Below are positions 1 to 12,672 of a DNA stretch of 64,000 bases, piece by piece. The DNA comes from Octopus vulgaris (Eukaryota), in contig OX597827.1 in assembly GCA_951406725.2 (NCBI GenBank), positions 66,836,001 through 66,900,000 on the forward strand, given 5' to 3'. Position numbers and translations under genes: made by a program. The stretch's first letter is position 1. Every line of letters starts with the position of its first letter. A model generated the notes under the pieces. That model saw only the letters and a program-made list of their open reading frames with translations, was not told where the DNA came from and did not search any database.

Positions 1-574
1 TAATTTATTTGTATGATATAAATATGTGAAACTTTTTTAATAAATAACAATAACATTAATGATAAATTGTAAAGCTCAAAAAATAATGGAAGATGCGAAA
101 ACACCTACATATATGCTTCCGTTGCAGCCCCTTTTGCAGCAAGCAATCTATTTCCAATTACTTTTGAATGTATCAGCTCGACGATGAAATAAATTTAGTC
201 ATTCCACGGTGATTGCTTATAAAATTTAAACTTACAAAATACTATTGTTATTATTTACAGGATAGTAAAAATCGACGCTGCTTACCAGAACCCATCGCAG
301 AAAAGCACATGAAGTTTGTTTATAAAATCAACAATACTAATTTTAGTTCTTAAATCGAACGGGAAGCGGCGAAGAAGTATGTTAGTGTAAATGGTAGCAG
401 ACTTGTCGCGAAAACAAAGTGTTGTGGGTTCGATTCCTACGCGTACGCTAGAAACTACTTTTTCCGTCGAGGGATTATATGCCTCATTATAAGACAATTT
501 TCTTAAGTCATTGCACGGTGATTGCTTATAATGTTTACGCTTATAGCATACTGTTCATATTATTTACATGTATA

Positions 575-885
575 AGGCGGCGAGCTGGCAGAAACGTAAG
601 CACGCCGGGCGAAATGCTTAGCAGTATTTCGTCTGCTGCTACGTTCTGAGTTCAAATTCCACCGAGGTCGCCTTTGCCTTTCATCCTTTCGGTGTCGATT
701 AAATAAGTACCAGTTACGCACTGGGATCGATGTAATCGACTTAATCTGTTTGTCTTTCCTTGTTTGTGCCCTATGTTTAGCCCCTTGTGGGTAATAGAGA
801 AATAGGTATTTGTCTTTCATCCTTTAGAAGTCGATTAAATAAGTACCAGTTACGCACTGGAATCGAGGTAATCGACTTAATCTCT
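575..885 (+). mobile_element. tRNA-derived SINE family A (about 1.3 body units)
   Basis: Head aggcggcgagctggcagaaacg, B-box-like gagttcaaattcc, core aggtcg(a)ctttgcctttcatcctttcgg.gtcgat..aataagtaccag (resembles the Nin/Deu SINE core); many homologous copies in the window. Confidence 0.85.
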
Positions 886-916
886 TCTTCCAGGCTTTTT
901 GCATCCAGTAGAATGG

Positions 917-967
<51 letters not shown>

Positions 968-971
<4 letters not shown>

Positions 972-1236
972 GAAATATTTTACAAAGGGAAAATAGAAAC
1001 TATAAATGGAAATGTAAGAGGCAACTAGGAAGAAAATTAAACGAAGATGCACATTGGAAATCAAAAAAGGTAAAGGTTTTTATGAAAACTAACGAAAGAT
1101 ATATACAATTAGATGAACTGAGGAAGGAATAAAAGTAATTATTGTGAATTGTCAAAGAGATTCAAAAGCATACCGGTTTCGTGAATTTACTAATCATTGC
1201 TTTGAACGCACACCGATTAATGAACGGTGTCAGGTC

Positions 1237-1238
<2 letters not shown>
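968..1238 (-). mobile_element. Penelope-like terminal-repeat fragment between (TA)n tracts
   Basis: Non-repetitive island bounded by (TA)n on both sides; contains a hammerhead-like motif; its end (tttgaac..caccg.tt.atg..cggtgt) is similar to 31384-31411. Confidence 0.5.
1165..1203 (-). ncRNA. Minimal type I hammerhead-like motif with A3-U8 core
   Basis: Minus strand aaagca ATGATTA GTAAATTCAC GAAAC CG GTA tgcttt: 6-bp stem I, short stem II, GAAA, palindromic stem III (ACCGGT), GUA triplet. Confidence 0.55.
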
Positions 1239-1267
<29 letters not shown>

Positions 1268-1541
1268 CACGGGACACGTGACCGACCAGACCATCAGATG
1301 CTGTTACACATCGCTGGTCACAATGCGTTCGCATTGTTTTAGCCTTCGAATGACGTCACACCGCTGGCTAAGCGAGCAGGGCCAACAGAAGAAAGAGTGG
1401 TGAAAGAGTACAGCAGGGATCACCACCCCCTGCCGGAGCCTCGTGGAGCTTTTTAGGTGTTTACGCTCAATAAACACACACAGCGCCCGTGATCCTGCGA
1501 CCGCGAGTCCGCTGCCCTAACCACTAGGCCATTGCGCCTCC
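1268..1541 (-). mobile_element. tRNA-Arg-like SINE family C' (C head, alternative 3' tail)
   Basis: Minus-strand head ggaggcgcaatggcctagtggttagggcagcggactcgcggtc (TCG in the anticodon-like loop); tail matches 56445-56732. Confidence 0.85.
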
Positions 1542-1543
1542 AC

Positions 1544-1613
<70 letters not shown>

Positions 1614-2205
1614 CTATGTATGTATGTATGTACCTACATAACTGATATGCATTACATACATAATGCGAACATACGCACGCCCACTCACGCACACATCAAA
1701 TAAGAATGCATCAAATTATTGTCATCGATTCTAATGAAGGAAATACATGAAGGAAGGAAGGAGAATGTATTTTTGAAGAAACACGCATTTCTTCATGCTG
1801 AACGTAAACGAGTTGCTCGAAGACATACTACCAGTGGAATGAATAGGGAACGTCTGGTTTCCAGAATCTGCGGATGTGTATGTCTATCAAGAGCTGGACT
1901 CATTCGTCACCAGTAGTGCCACAGTATAAAGCATAACTTTGTGTTACTATACAATGAGTTTATTGCTCATTGATGTTCCTCCTCGGTCACGTGTGGACTG
2001 TCATCAACATCGTGTGTCAACTATTCACTAAATCATTAAAGCGAAATGTCTTAACGATTTAATGAATATGGCTTTCATATTGCAGGCTACTATATTGGTA
2101 TAAGTTATATAGATTTCTACCGCAAGATCCAGGCTCTATATTTCCGCTGACAGTCTATGATATCTCTACAACAAAGGTTTCTATACATTTTTACTTTTGT
2201 TCATT

Positions 2206-2388
2206 AGGCGCAGGAGTGGCTGTGTTGTAAGTAGCTTGCTTACCAATCACATGGTCCTGGGTTCAGTCCCACAGTGTGAAGCATTGGGCAAGTGTCTTCT
2301 ACTAAAGCCTCGGGCCGACCAAATCCTTGTGAGTGGATTTCGTAGACGAAAACTAGAAGAAACCCGTTGTATGTATATATATATATAT

Positions 2389-2451
<63 letters not shown>

Positions 2452-2470
2452 TGTTTGTCCTCCCAACAAT
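2206..2470 (+). mobile_element. SINE family B, 5' half
   Basis: aggcgcaggagtggctgtg..gtaagtagcttgct...gggttcagtccc head, ttgggcaagtgtctt, internal (TA)(TG) tract. Confidence 0.85.
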
Positions 2471-3499
2471 TGATGGTGACAGAATTTTTAGCATGCCGAA
2501 TAAAGTTTTTGGCGACTTTTCGTCTGTTTTCATATTCTGAATTCAATTTATGCCGAGGCTGACAACACCTCTTATCCTATCGGGGTCGATGAAATATGGA
2601 CCACTTGAGCACTGGTCCTTACAATGGGGATGATGTAAATCACTTACACCTTCCTCTGAAATTGCTAAACTTGTGCCAAAATTTCAAACCAATATTTATA
2701 TGTACATTATATAATGAAACATGTATCAATTCTTAACAAGCCCTAATTCTCCAGTAAAACAGTGCGAATAGAATGAAGCAGAATTTGAAAGCAGAATAAT
2801 ACTATATTACAAGAATGACAATTTAAATGACACTGTTCCACTCATTGTGCACACACTTATTCCTGTTACTTAAGAGTACTATTATATTGATGTCTTCGGT
2901 GAAGAAGCTGATAAGATGAAATCGTTATATTGATATCCTCATTACAAACAAGATCTATATTTATAAAATAAAATGAGAAAAAGTTATGTGTATCCGTCAG
3001 CATCGATAGACACGTCTTTCTGTATATTAGTAGCACTTATATCTCTCAGTGTAATGATATAAAAGGCAAAATTAGAACGTTAGATGGAATTGACACAGAT
3101 ATGTGAAGCTTTGAAGTAGATATCGTAAAAGTCTTTTTGGCCTATCTACTCACTGTGAATATTTCAATGTTCTCGTCACAAGATAAGAAGCTTTTCCTGT
3201 CAATAGAGAATACTGGAATGTTTATCAATTACCAAAGTGTAAGTAAAAGCACCTGGTGAGACAAAACTCTAAGCTGTTATCGATTACCATTTGGGGCCAT
3301 TTTTAATTTAATTTCGCCACTGATGCTCTTTACAATTCCATAGAGATCACATATGACGAAGCTATATTTACTTATCTGTTTCATTATATTTTATTTTATT
3401 TCATTCTCCTATGTTTCATTCTATGAAATAACAGTCATGTTATATTGTATCATATAATCGACTAACTCTCCCCATAGGTATATGGCTATCTGCCAACGA

Positions 3500-3865
3500 T
3501 AACATCGTTGTGATGCGATGGACGGGCGGAATTACAGGAGGTTCGAATTTACAGTATTTCACCGGGTATTTTTTGCGGTGTGATTTCAAATCTCGCCGAG
3601 GACAATTTTGCTTTTGAATCTTGAAAGATCAATAAATAATACACTGGCCATGTAATCGATTAACCCCTTTCCCTGAATTTCAGGTTTTACCAAATATAAC
3701 ATCATTGTGATGCGATGGATGGGCAGAATTACAGATGTTGAATTTACAGTATTTCATCAGGTATTTTTGCTGTCTGAGTTCAAATCACGCCGAGGTCAAT
3801 CTTGCCTTTGCATCCTGAGAGATCGATAAATAATACCCTAGTCATGTACTGAGTTCCATGTAATC
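3500..3865 (+). repeat. Tandem duplication (about 198 bp period) of a decayed family A SINE plus flank
   Basis: taacatc.ttgtgatgcgatgga.gggc.gaattacag at about 3500 and 3698, each followed by ttcaaatc.cgccgagg.caat. Confidence 0.7.
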
Positions 3866-4040
3866 TGGTTTTGCTATATTTTATAAATAATTATAATTAT
3901 AAGGTATGAAGGATCGAAATAGTTGCTTTTCTTAAAATGTCAGAATTTAGTCCTGAGCTTTTCAATCGGTATTGGGATTTTTCCTGTACTACTTCTCACC
4001 TTTTCCTATTTTACATGAAGATATCTAAGACGAAAGATCT

Positions 4041-4453
4041 GTCAGAATCATTATCGTGCCAAGCAAAACACTTAGTGGTATTTCGTCTGCCGCTACGTTC
4101 TGAGTTTAAATTCCGCCGAGGTCGACTTTGCCTTTCATCCTTTCGGGGTCGATAAATTAAGTACCATTTACGCACTGGGGTCGATGTAATCGACTTAATA
4201 CCTATGTCTGTCCTTGTTTGTCTCCTCTGTGTTTAGCCCCTTGTGGGTAATAAAGAAATAGGTATTTCGTCTGCCGCTACGTTCTGAGTTCAAATTCCAC
4301 CGAGGTCGATTTTGCCTTTCATCCTTTCGGGGTCGATTAAATAAGTACCAGTTACACACTAGGATCGATATAATCGACTTAATCCGTTTGTCTATCCTTG
4401 TTTGTCCTCTCTGTGTTTAGCCCTTTGTGGGTAGTAAAGAAATGGGTATTTCT
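4041..4453 (+). mobile_element. SINE family A, dimer of the 184-bp body unit
   Basis: ggtatttcgtctgccgctacgttctgagtt at about 4077 and 4261. Confidence 0.9.
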
Positions 4454-4805
4454 TCCAGTTGTACGATATCAGTTCAAACCCCGTCAAGGCGGGCGTTGCT
4501 TCTTATCATTTCAAGATCTATTACATCAGTGTCGGAAAACTGGAGTCCTTATAATCAACTACCCACTGCACCTTCCCTTAAAGTTCAGGCCTTGTACCGA
4601 TATTGAAAAGAATTATACATGTTGACGCTTTTCATGCTATAGACTTAACATAGCCTCAATTTTAATTTGATTTTAACCTTTCAAACTTTTGTTTATATTT
4701 TCCTTCACAATTCTTTCTCATTTCAGTCTGTGTTTTTGCATTTCCTTACTTTCTTGAAGGCAAAAAAAAAAAATGTTTGGTTTCATTTCTTTTTTCTAGT
4801 TTCAT

Positions 4806-5224
4806 AGGCGCTGGAGTGGCTGTGTGGTAAGTAGCTTGCTAACCTACCTCATGGTTCCGGGTTCAGTCCCACTGCGTTGCATCTTGGGCAAGTGTCTTCT
4901 GCTATAGCCCCGGGCCGACCAATGCCTTGTGAGTGGATTTGGTAGACGGAAACTGAAAGAAGCCTGTCGTATATATGTATATATATATATATGTATGTGT
5001 GTGTGTTTGTATGTCTGTTTTTGTTCCTCTAGCATTGCTTGACAACCGATGCTGGTGTGTTTACGTCCCCGTCACTTAGCGGTTCGGCAAAAAGAGACCG
5101 ATAGTATAAGTACTGGGCTTACAAAAAGAATAAGTCCCGGGGTCGAGTTGCTCGACTAAAGGCGGTGCTCCAGCATGGCCGCAGTCAAATGACTGAACCA
5201 AGTAAAAGAGTAAAGAGTAAGAGT
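4806..5224 (+). mobile_element. SINE family B, full length
   Basis: tRNA-like head, internal microsatellite, 3' tail ggcggtgctccagcatggccgcagtcaaatgactgaa.caagtaaaagag. Confidence 0.9.
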
Positions 5225-6049
5225 ATTCCACTTTGATATCGATTCTTCTTTACTGGATAGATTTCTGATTCAAGTGTAGATATTTTATTACCAGGCGTTG
5301 TAAATATTTCTCAATCTTATATTTCAGACGTCGTATTTTAAAACCGAGCATTGTTTTTCATGTTTTGTTAGCTAATCTTGCAAGATTATTTACCGCTTAA
5401 CTGAAAATTAACTGAAAGTTTTATATTTATAAATTAATACCGGAATTATTAGACAAATTCCGTTACCATTTCTTTATAATTAGCTCAGATTTAATTATAG
5501 TATTTGTTCATACATGTACCATAGTGGTTCATTCATAATGTCTTATTCGTAAATTCCTACGTTTTTGTTTGACCGAAATTTATATTCCTACAAAACTATA
5601 TTTATATCACAAAAATCTGGATCGCTTTCAAAAACAGCTAAATATTCAGTTCAATTTAATGCCCCTTGACGATTGCGTCTGTACGATTTTGACTGGAATA
5701 AGCTTTTATTCTTTAAAAGTAGTTAGATACCTTCAAGTATCGTATATTTTCTTTATAGCAGCTGGGATTTATATTGAACAAACGGAAGATGACACGTAGA
5801 ATAAGATTATGAAAATTCGGAGAGGAGATCCATGACAATTCTCGCAAAATTAACATAGAGTGAAGGAAAATGGAGAAATATACATAATTGTAGAATATAA
5901 ACCTAAGCATATCCTAGTTGAGAAAGATTAGCATAAGTGTTCGAGTAAATCAGTGAAGATTTTGACATCAAAGAACAGTGTGACCCCTAGAGTGTGCGCT
6001 ATATTGGTAAAAACACGCGCTCGCATTTATGTCTATTTTATTTTTATAT

Positions 6050-6270
6050 TTTTATTTTATCTAGTTTCAGCGCATGAGCTGCGGCCATGCTGGGGTAGCG
6101 CCATTTGGTGTTGCTACATAATTTTACTTCACGAATGCTTGTTAGCAATTGATATTTGTTCCATGAGAGAGTTGGATGGAGCTGTATGAACAGTAGTGGT
6201 CCCAAAAGCAGTGTCTTGCCGAACACCGCTCACTATTTGCGTGTCATTGGAGACATGTTTTAGCAGATCC
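6050..6270 (-). mobile_element. Internally deleted CR1/L2-group LINE remnant sharing its 3' tail with SINE family B
   Basis: Frameshifted RT motif IVSGV.Q / LLGPLLFI joined to ggcgctaccccagcatggccgcagctcatgcgctgaaactagataaaataaaa. Confidence 0.55.
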
Positions 6271-6406
6271 CCAAATGGGAATCATGTACAGCAAGGCGTT
6301 AATTTCAGTTTGTCAGGAGTGTAGGGAGGGAAAATGTAATTAAATCGGCTGAAGTCAAGGGGAAACGCTGCTGTATCTTTCCAATGGACTCAAGAATATT
6401 CATATT

Positions 6407-6813
6407 ATTTCTTTATTGCCCACAAGGGGCTAAACATAGAGGGGACAAACAAGGACAGACAAAGGGATTAAGCCGATTACATCGGATCCAGTGCGTAACT
6501 GGTACTTAATTTATCGACCACGAATGGATGAAAGGCTAAGTTGACCTCGGCGGAATTTGAACTCAGAATGTAACGGCAGACGAAATACCTATTTTTTACT
6601 ACCCACAAGGGGCTAAACACAGAGGAGATAAACAAGGACAGGTGGACGAATTAAGTCAATTAAATTGACACTAGTGCGTAACTGGTACTTAATTTATCGA
6701 CCCCGAAAGGATGAAGGATAAAAAGCAAAGTCGACCTTGGCGGAATTTGAAATCAGAACGTAACGGCTACGCATTTCGCCCGGCGTGCTAACGTTTCGGC
6801 CAGCTCGCCGCCT
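6407..6813 (-). mobile_element. SINE family A dimer with 13-bp target-site duplication
   Basis: Reverse complement of family A with two units; flanked by gaatattcatatt (6394-6406) and gaatagtcatatt (6817-6829). Confidence 0.9.
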
Positions 6814-6882
6814 TATGAATAGTCATATTCTGGCAAGTCCATGGTCACTGAAATTTAGTTATGACCATGAGAGAGAAAAGGG

Positions 6883-6924
<42 letters not shown>

Positions 6925-7052
6925 GAGACAGAGCTGCCTGAGTGGTGGGGCATTAAATCATATCAAATGCAAAAAACCACAAAACCATCATCAATCAGAA
7001 TTTCAACCCAGAATTTAAACACTACGTTCCTCAATAATACCAACACAGTTAT

Positions 7053-7094
<42 letters not shown>

Positions 7095-7487
7095 ATTACT
7101 CTTGTTGTAATAGAACTATTTTGTTTTAGTAACTGTATTATCTAAAAATTAACGCATTTCATTTCCATGTCTATTCTCACCCTTTCGTTACTTTCTGTAC
7201 TACAACCATTTTTTTGTTTGGTTCCATTTTCTTTTTTTTTTTTTCCTAGGTTCATGGGTACTTCTGTTAGAAATGCATAGTAGCATTCCTTCTGATTGCG
7301 TTCAAATCACACTGAGTTCAAATCACACTGAAGTTGATTTTGATGCTCATCCTTTCGGTATCAATAAAAATTCCTCGTGAGCACTGCGGTTATCTGTTCC
7401 TAAAATTAGAGGCTTTGTACCACATTTTGAAACAATCATGTTGATATCAATAAGATATACTCGTATAGTAATTTAATTATTAACAAA

Positions 7488-7891
7488 GTAGGAGTGGCTG
7501 TGTGGTAAGTAGCTTGCTAACCATCCACATGGTTCCGGGTTCAGTCTTGGGCAAGTGTCTTCTGATATAGCCCCGGGCCGACCAATGCCTTGTGAGTGGA
7601 TTTGGTAGACGGAAACTGAAAGAAGCCTGTCGTATATATGTATATATGTATATATATGTATGTGTGTGTGTGTGTGTGTGTGTCTGTGTTTGTCCCCCTA
7701 GCATTGCCTGACAACCGATGCTGGTGTGTTTACGTCCCCGTCACCTAGCGGTTCGGCAAAAAGAGACCGATAGAATAAGTTCTGGGCTTACAAAGAATAA
7801 GTTCCGGGGTCGACTTGCTCGACTAAAGGCGGTGCTCCAGCATGGCCGCAGTCAAATGACTGAAACAAGTAAAAGAGTAAAAGAGTAAAAG
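7488..7891 (+). mobile_element. SINE family B, near full length
   Basis: Co-linear with 4806-5224, small deletion after the B-box. Confidence 0.9.
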
Positions 7892-7980
7892 TCAAGACAT
7901 AATTCATTTGAATATGCAGCGATAGGAAGTACATTATTTGCAGGCTATTCTCTTTTGGTTTGTCTGATAATAGTGATTAT

Positions 7981-8052
<72 letters not shown>

Positions 8053-8572
8053 TTTCTGTTGTCTTTATTTTTGTTTACGTTAAGTTTCAGACACTTCATT
8101 CTCGCTCACGTTGAATGAGATGCCGTGATGAAGTAATTAAACGTTTGGAAATTCTAACAGAACAACGCCTCCATATTCAAAAAGAATAATTAAAAGGAGA
8201 AAATTACGTTTGTTGTCTAAATGTGGGACCGATAATGAAACGAATTAACCGGTGTTGCTTTGCTTGAAGTCAAAAATTGTAACCTATCATTTTGAAGAAA
8301 TATGAACACTGAAATAATATTCTGGGTTTCGCAATAAACATTATAAAAAGATATTGAAATTTGTGCTCCCGTATGGATAGGGTCTAATGACTGAAACAAG
8401 CGAAAGGGTGCTCGAATAAGTTTTAGTAACTACCAAATTGTCATTCCTATCATTAGAACTAGTTTCGTTCGGTATACAATGTTTGATAGTATCCTTCGTT
8501 TAAGTTCTGTAGAATAGGCACCTTGAAATAAACCATGCGTCAATACCTGTGGTATAATATATATACATACAT

Positions 8573-8636
<64 letters not shown>

Positions 8637-8640
<4 letters not shown>

Positions 8641-8788
8641 TTCTTTTCTGTGTATCTTTCTGTTGAAGAGCGTAGGCTCGAAACGTAAAAGACTTGTTTT
8701 ATTTATATTCCTGAGCGCCATACTAATACAATTGTTTGTTTGTATTCCACCTGCCTTCGTCTTTTGTTTAGTTTCATAAAGCTTCCCG

Positions 8789-8790
<2 letters not shown>
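8637..8790 (+). mobile_element. Penelope-like terminal-repeat fragment in (TA)n
   Basis: Homologous to 15888-15962 and 24150-24305 (tactaat.ca.t.tttgttt...ccacctg.cttcgtctttt); ends in (TA)n; carries a hammerhead-like motif. Confidence 0.6.
8655..8692 (+). ncRNA. Minimal hammerhead-like motif with U6 core variant
   Basis: tcttt CTGTTGA A GAGC gtag GCTC GAAAC GTA aaaga: stems I and II pair perfectly. Confidence 0.55.
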
Positions 8791-8850
<60 letters not shown>

Positions 8851-9149
8851 GCACGCACGCACTGACACGCAAAGACATACACACACGTATGTGTGCGTGT
8901 TTATATATATGAAAGAAACTATTTTAAATTCTTCCTTTTTCATATTTAATTATTACCTCTGAAGTCTTGATTTCAAATTTTTTATATTTTATAATAACGA
9001 CATACACATCGAAACTGGTAATGTTCTACAAAAGTCACTTAATGTAACAGATATAAAAAATACTTAACCAGTCCGGGTACAGGAAAATATATATTTAATA
9101 TTTAAAAAAAACGTATTCTAATGCGCTGTTTGCACTTTTATTTCAGAAG

Positions 9150-9595
<446 letters not shown>

Positions 9596-10088
9596 GTCAT
9601 TTGGTAATGAAATATTCATTAGCAACAACTTTACCAGATTAGATTTCATCAAAGAGTATAAATCAAAGTACTTCTAATGAGGTGTCATAAACGTCTTCTT
9701 TGAGTTAGCCCTATGTGTGAAAATATAACCTTTATTTTCCTTATTAATAATGAAACAGGTTTAGCAAGTGAGGTTTAGGAGAAATAATTTATTAGGAAAT
9801 GTCTTGTGATCTTTAAAGATTGTTTTTTACAACACGAGTTCGGATGCCACCTAGGTGAAAATTAAGTCTTATGCTAACTGGACTGATAAGGTAAGTAAAA
9901 ACGAAAGTAGTGTAATTTATTTAAACCGACATTTTTTGCTCATGAATTTGTGTTAGGATTCAAAAATCTACCAATACTTGAATGATTTGACTGACCCAGG
10001 AAACTAGGAAGAGGAAATACATTATATTTGGTATATAATATCCGTCCTGCTGAAATTAAAAATTTATTCAACCAGGCCAGGAAAGATA

Positions 10089-10148
<60 letters not shown>

Positions 10149-10474
10149 AGAGGATTTTGTTTCAACTTAATCTACTTCAGCTCTTCCAAGACGAAGCGAA
10201 AATGAGTGGCGTGGTGCCAACCAATATTGACTAATCATTCGTCTTCTCTTGTATTTGATATCACGTAATATTCAGTCCGCAAATGCCGTGACGAATTATA
10301 TTGCCCTCTATAGAATCCACATATCAAAAATAACTACTTTTTAATCGATTTCCTTATTGAATGTAAGATTTCATACCCGTACCTTTGAACACACACACGT
10401 ATGCACGCACACACACACATACATAAATAATACATACATCTATCCATACATACATACACACACATATATATATA

Positions 10475-12040
10475 CTAGCAGAAATACCCGGCGTTGCCCG
10501 GGTTAAAGAGAATAATTAAATTGAAAAAGGCCGTCTAGATTAAGCAGGTCTCAACTACTTCTAACTCAGATACCAGCTTTCTACATTAATAACTCTCCAA
10601 CCCATCTAGCTTGGAACACAAACATTAAGTGAAATGTTAAAAGAAAGTTCTCAACTCATATATGTATATAAAGTAAATACACATAATTCAAAAACACGTT
10701 TTCTCAAGCATATTTCGTAACCAAAAAACAGGTACAGATTTATTAGCAATTGACGACCGATTTGGGTGATTCATTTGACAGAGATAGTAGAGAGCGAAAC
10801 CGGTGATATATCTGACCTTAGATCTTGAAACTTTGCATGAATTCTGGCTCAGTTAAATCACTTGTGGCTCCAAATGATGCCATTTGTAGTGCAGCGTTGT
10901 ATTGTCAAATTTTGTTTTGTAAGTGCTTGGAATCTCGGTCAATTGATGACAACTTTATCTTCAATGGCTCTGGAGATTGGGCATTGCAAGGATTTTAAAC
11001 TTTCCAACACTGGGGCACAGTGCAGGTGTCTCTCCAGGTCACTTCCTTGCTTTACAATGTATGCACTTAGTTCCCATTGCTCCAATGGAAACTCTAATGT
11101 CATCTGTATAATGAACTGCTGGATCATAATTGAAAGCTGCTATATAGAAGTTGCTCATCTGAGCTGTTGCAACTGCTCGTCGTTCTGCCATAGATATCCT
11201 AATCCTTGTATGCCCTGCATGCCTTCCTTCATCAATGACATGCTCTGGCTTTTTTAGTGCCCAGTTTGTTCCTTTCTTGGTTTGTTTCCCTTTCTGCAGC
11301 TGTCTCTCTTTCGCTGGACAAAACTTTTGGCTGACATTGACATTGTACACAGATTTGACAATTTCCTTCTAGACATGGTTATATATGTAAACATAAGTGC
11401 ACAGGTACAGACGATTGTGAACAATGAAAATAACTGGGTAACGAGCAGATAGTAACTAAGAGATTTCTACTGAAAATAAGGAATTGTACGGGTTGAAGCG
11501 AAATTTGTCAGAGAACCAAAGAGCCAGTATCGAAGGGACCAGAAAGAAGCCGTTAACAACAGAAAAACACAAAGCCGTTGCAAAAGTAATCAAGACATTT
11601 TAAGGGAAATTAACTGGATTGAATGCTGGGTGAATCAGCACTTCCAGCATCTGTTCGCAAGGTCGAGCAACTGGAGGTGCTTTGGGAAGAATAATGAACG
11701 TATGCATGTGCTTGTTTGTTGTTCAACCATTTCAACTATGACCTCCTTTTTCCACAACAGAAGCTCTCCGATACTCTTGCTTTTTCTTCGAGGCTGCTGT
11801 CACATCTTGAAACATATTTGTGCCACACGTTCGTTGAACTATTTGGTCTGAACGATTTTTGTGTCACCCGTTCTTTGACATCTAATAAAAGTATAGACAG
11901 AATGAGAAACGAGAACATAAAAAACAAAAACATAGGAAACGACCTTTTTTTCAAACAACGAAAAAAACAGAGAAACGCGAGATGCAACATTATGAACATT
12001 CCCTGCATCACTTGTCCCCTGTTTTCAAATCCGCGTTTTG

Positions 12041-12095
<55 letters not shown>

Positions 12096-12182
12096 AACCT
12101 TTACATAAATAAATAACGTGAAATACACGAAGGGACGAACATAAGAGACAGACGGGTCATTCAAAGCCTTCGTTCTTCAGTC

Positions 12183-12185
<3 letters not shown>
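10475..12185 (-). mobile_element. Non-autonomous Helitron with decayed RepHel N-terminal fragment
   Basis: Minus-strand 3' end cccgggcaacgccggg hairpin followed by CTAG|T; candidate 5' end A|TC at 12185; internal AAFNYDP..IGAMGTKCIHCKARK*PGETPALC.SVGK, typical of the Helitron N-terminal Cys motif. Confidence 0.75.
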
Positions 12186-12227
<42 letters not shown>

Positions 12228-12339
12228 CGTATTATATGTTTGTGTATTGATATAGGTATGGATGCATATAATAATATTATGTATGTATATTTGTGTTTGT
12301 GTGTGCGTGTACGTATTATACAAAGAATTGGAGATCGAG

Positions 12340-12672
12340 TAGGTGCGGCTACGTAGTAAAAATGTTACCTCCCAGCTACATGTCACCGGGTTTAATCCCA
12401 ATGTCTGGCACCTTGGGCAAGACTTATCTATTTTTTCCTCGGGCCCATTAAAGCATTTCGAGTAGATTTGAACGCAAGTATCTATGTGTATTTCTATCAG
12501 TTTATCTGTGTGTATCCAACTGTGTTGCATTGTTACGTCCCCGTAGCAAAAACAACAACGATTGTTGACAAAATCGTAGGATGGAATATTTACTAGGCTT
12601 TAATCATAAGTACTGGGGTCGATCCGCTCAACCCTTTGAAACCGTGTTTCAGCAAAGGACTTAAACAAATAA
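12340..12672 (+). mobile_element. Old, diverged SINE family B copy
   Basis: gggtttaatccca..tggcaccttgggcaag..cctcgggcc, ttacgtccccgta, taagtactggggtcgat. Confidence 0.7.

Noticed and set aside
381-447. Possible tRNA gene
   Set aside because: A/B-box-like motifs are present but there is no convincing acceptor or anticodon stem; more likely a decayed SINE head.
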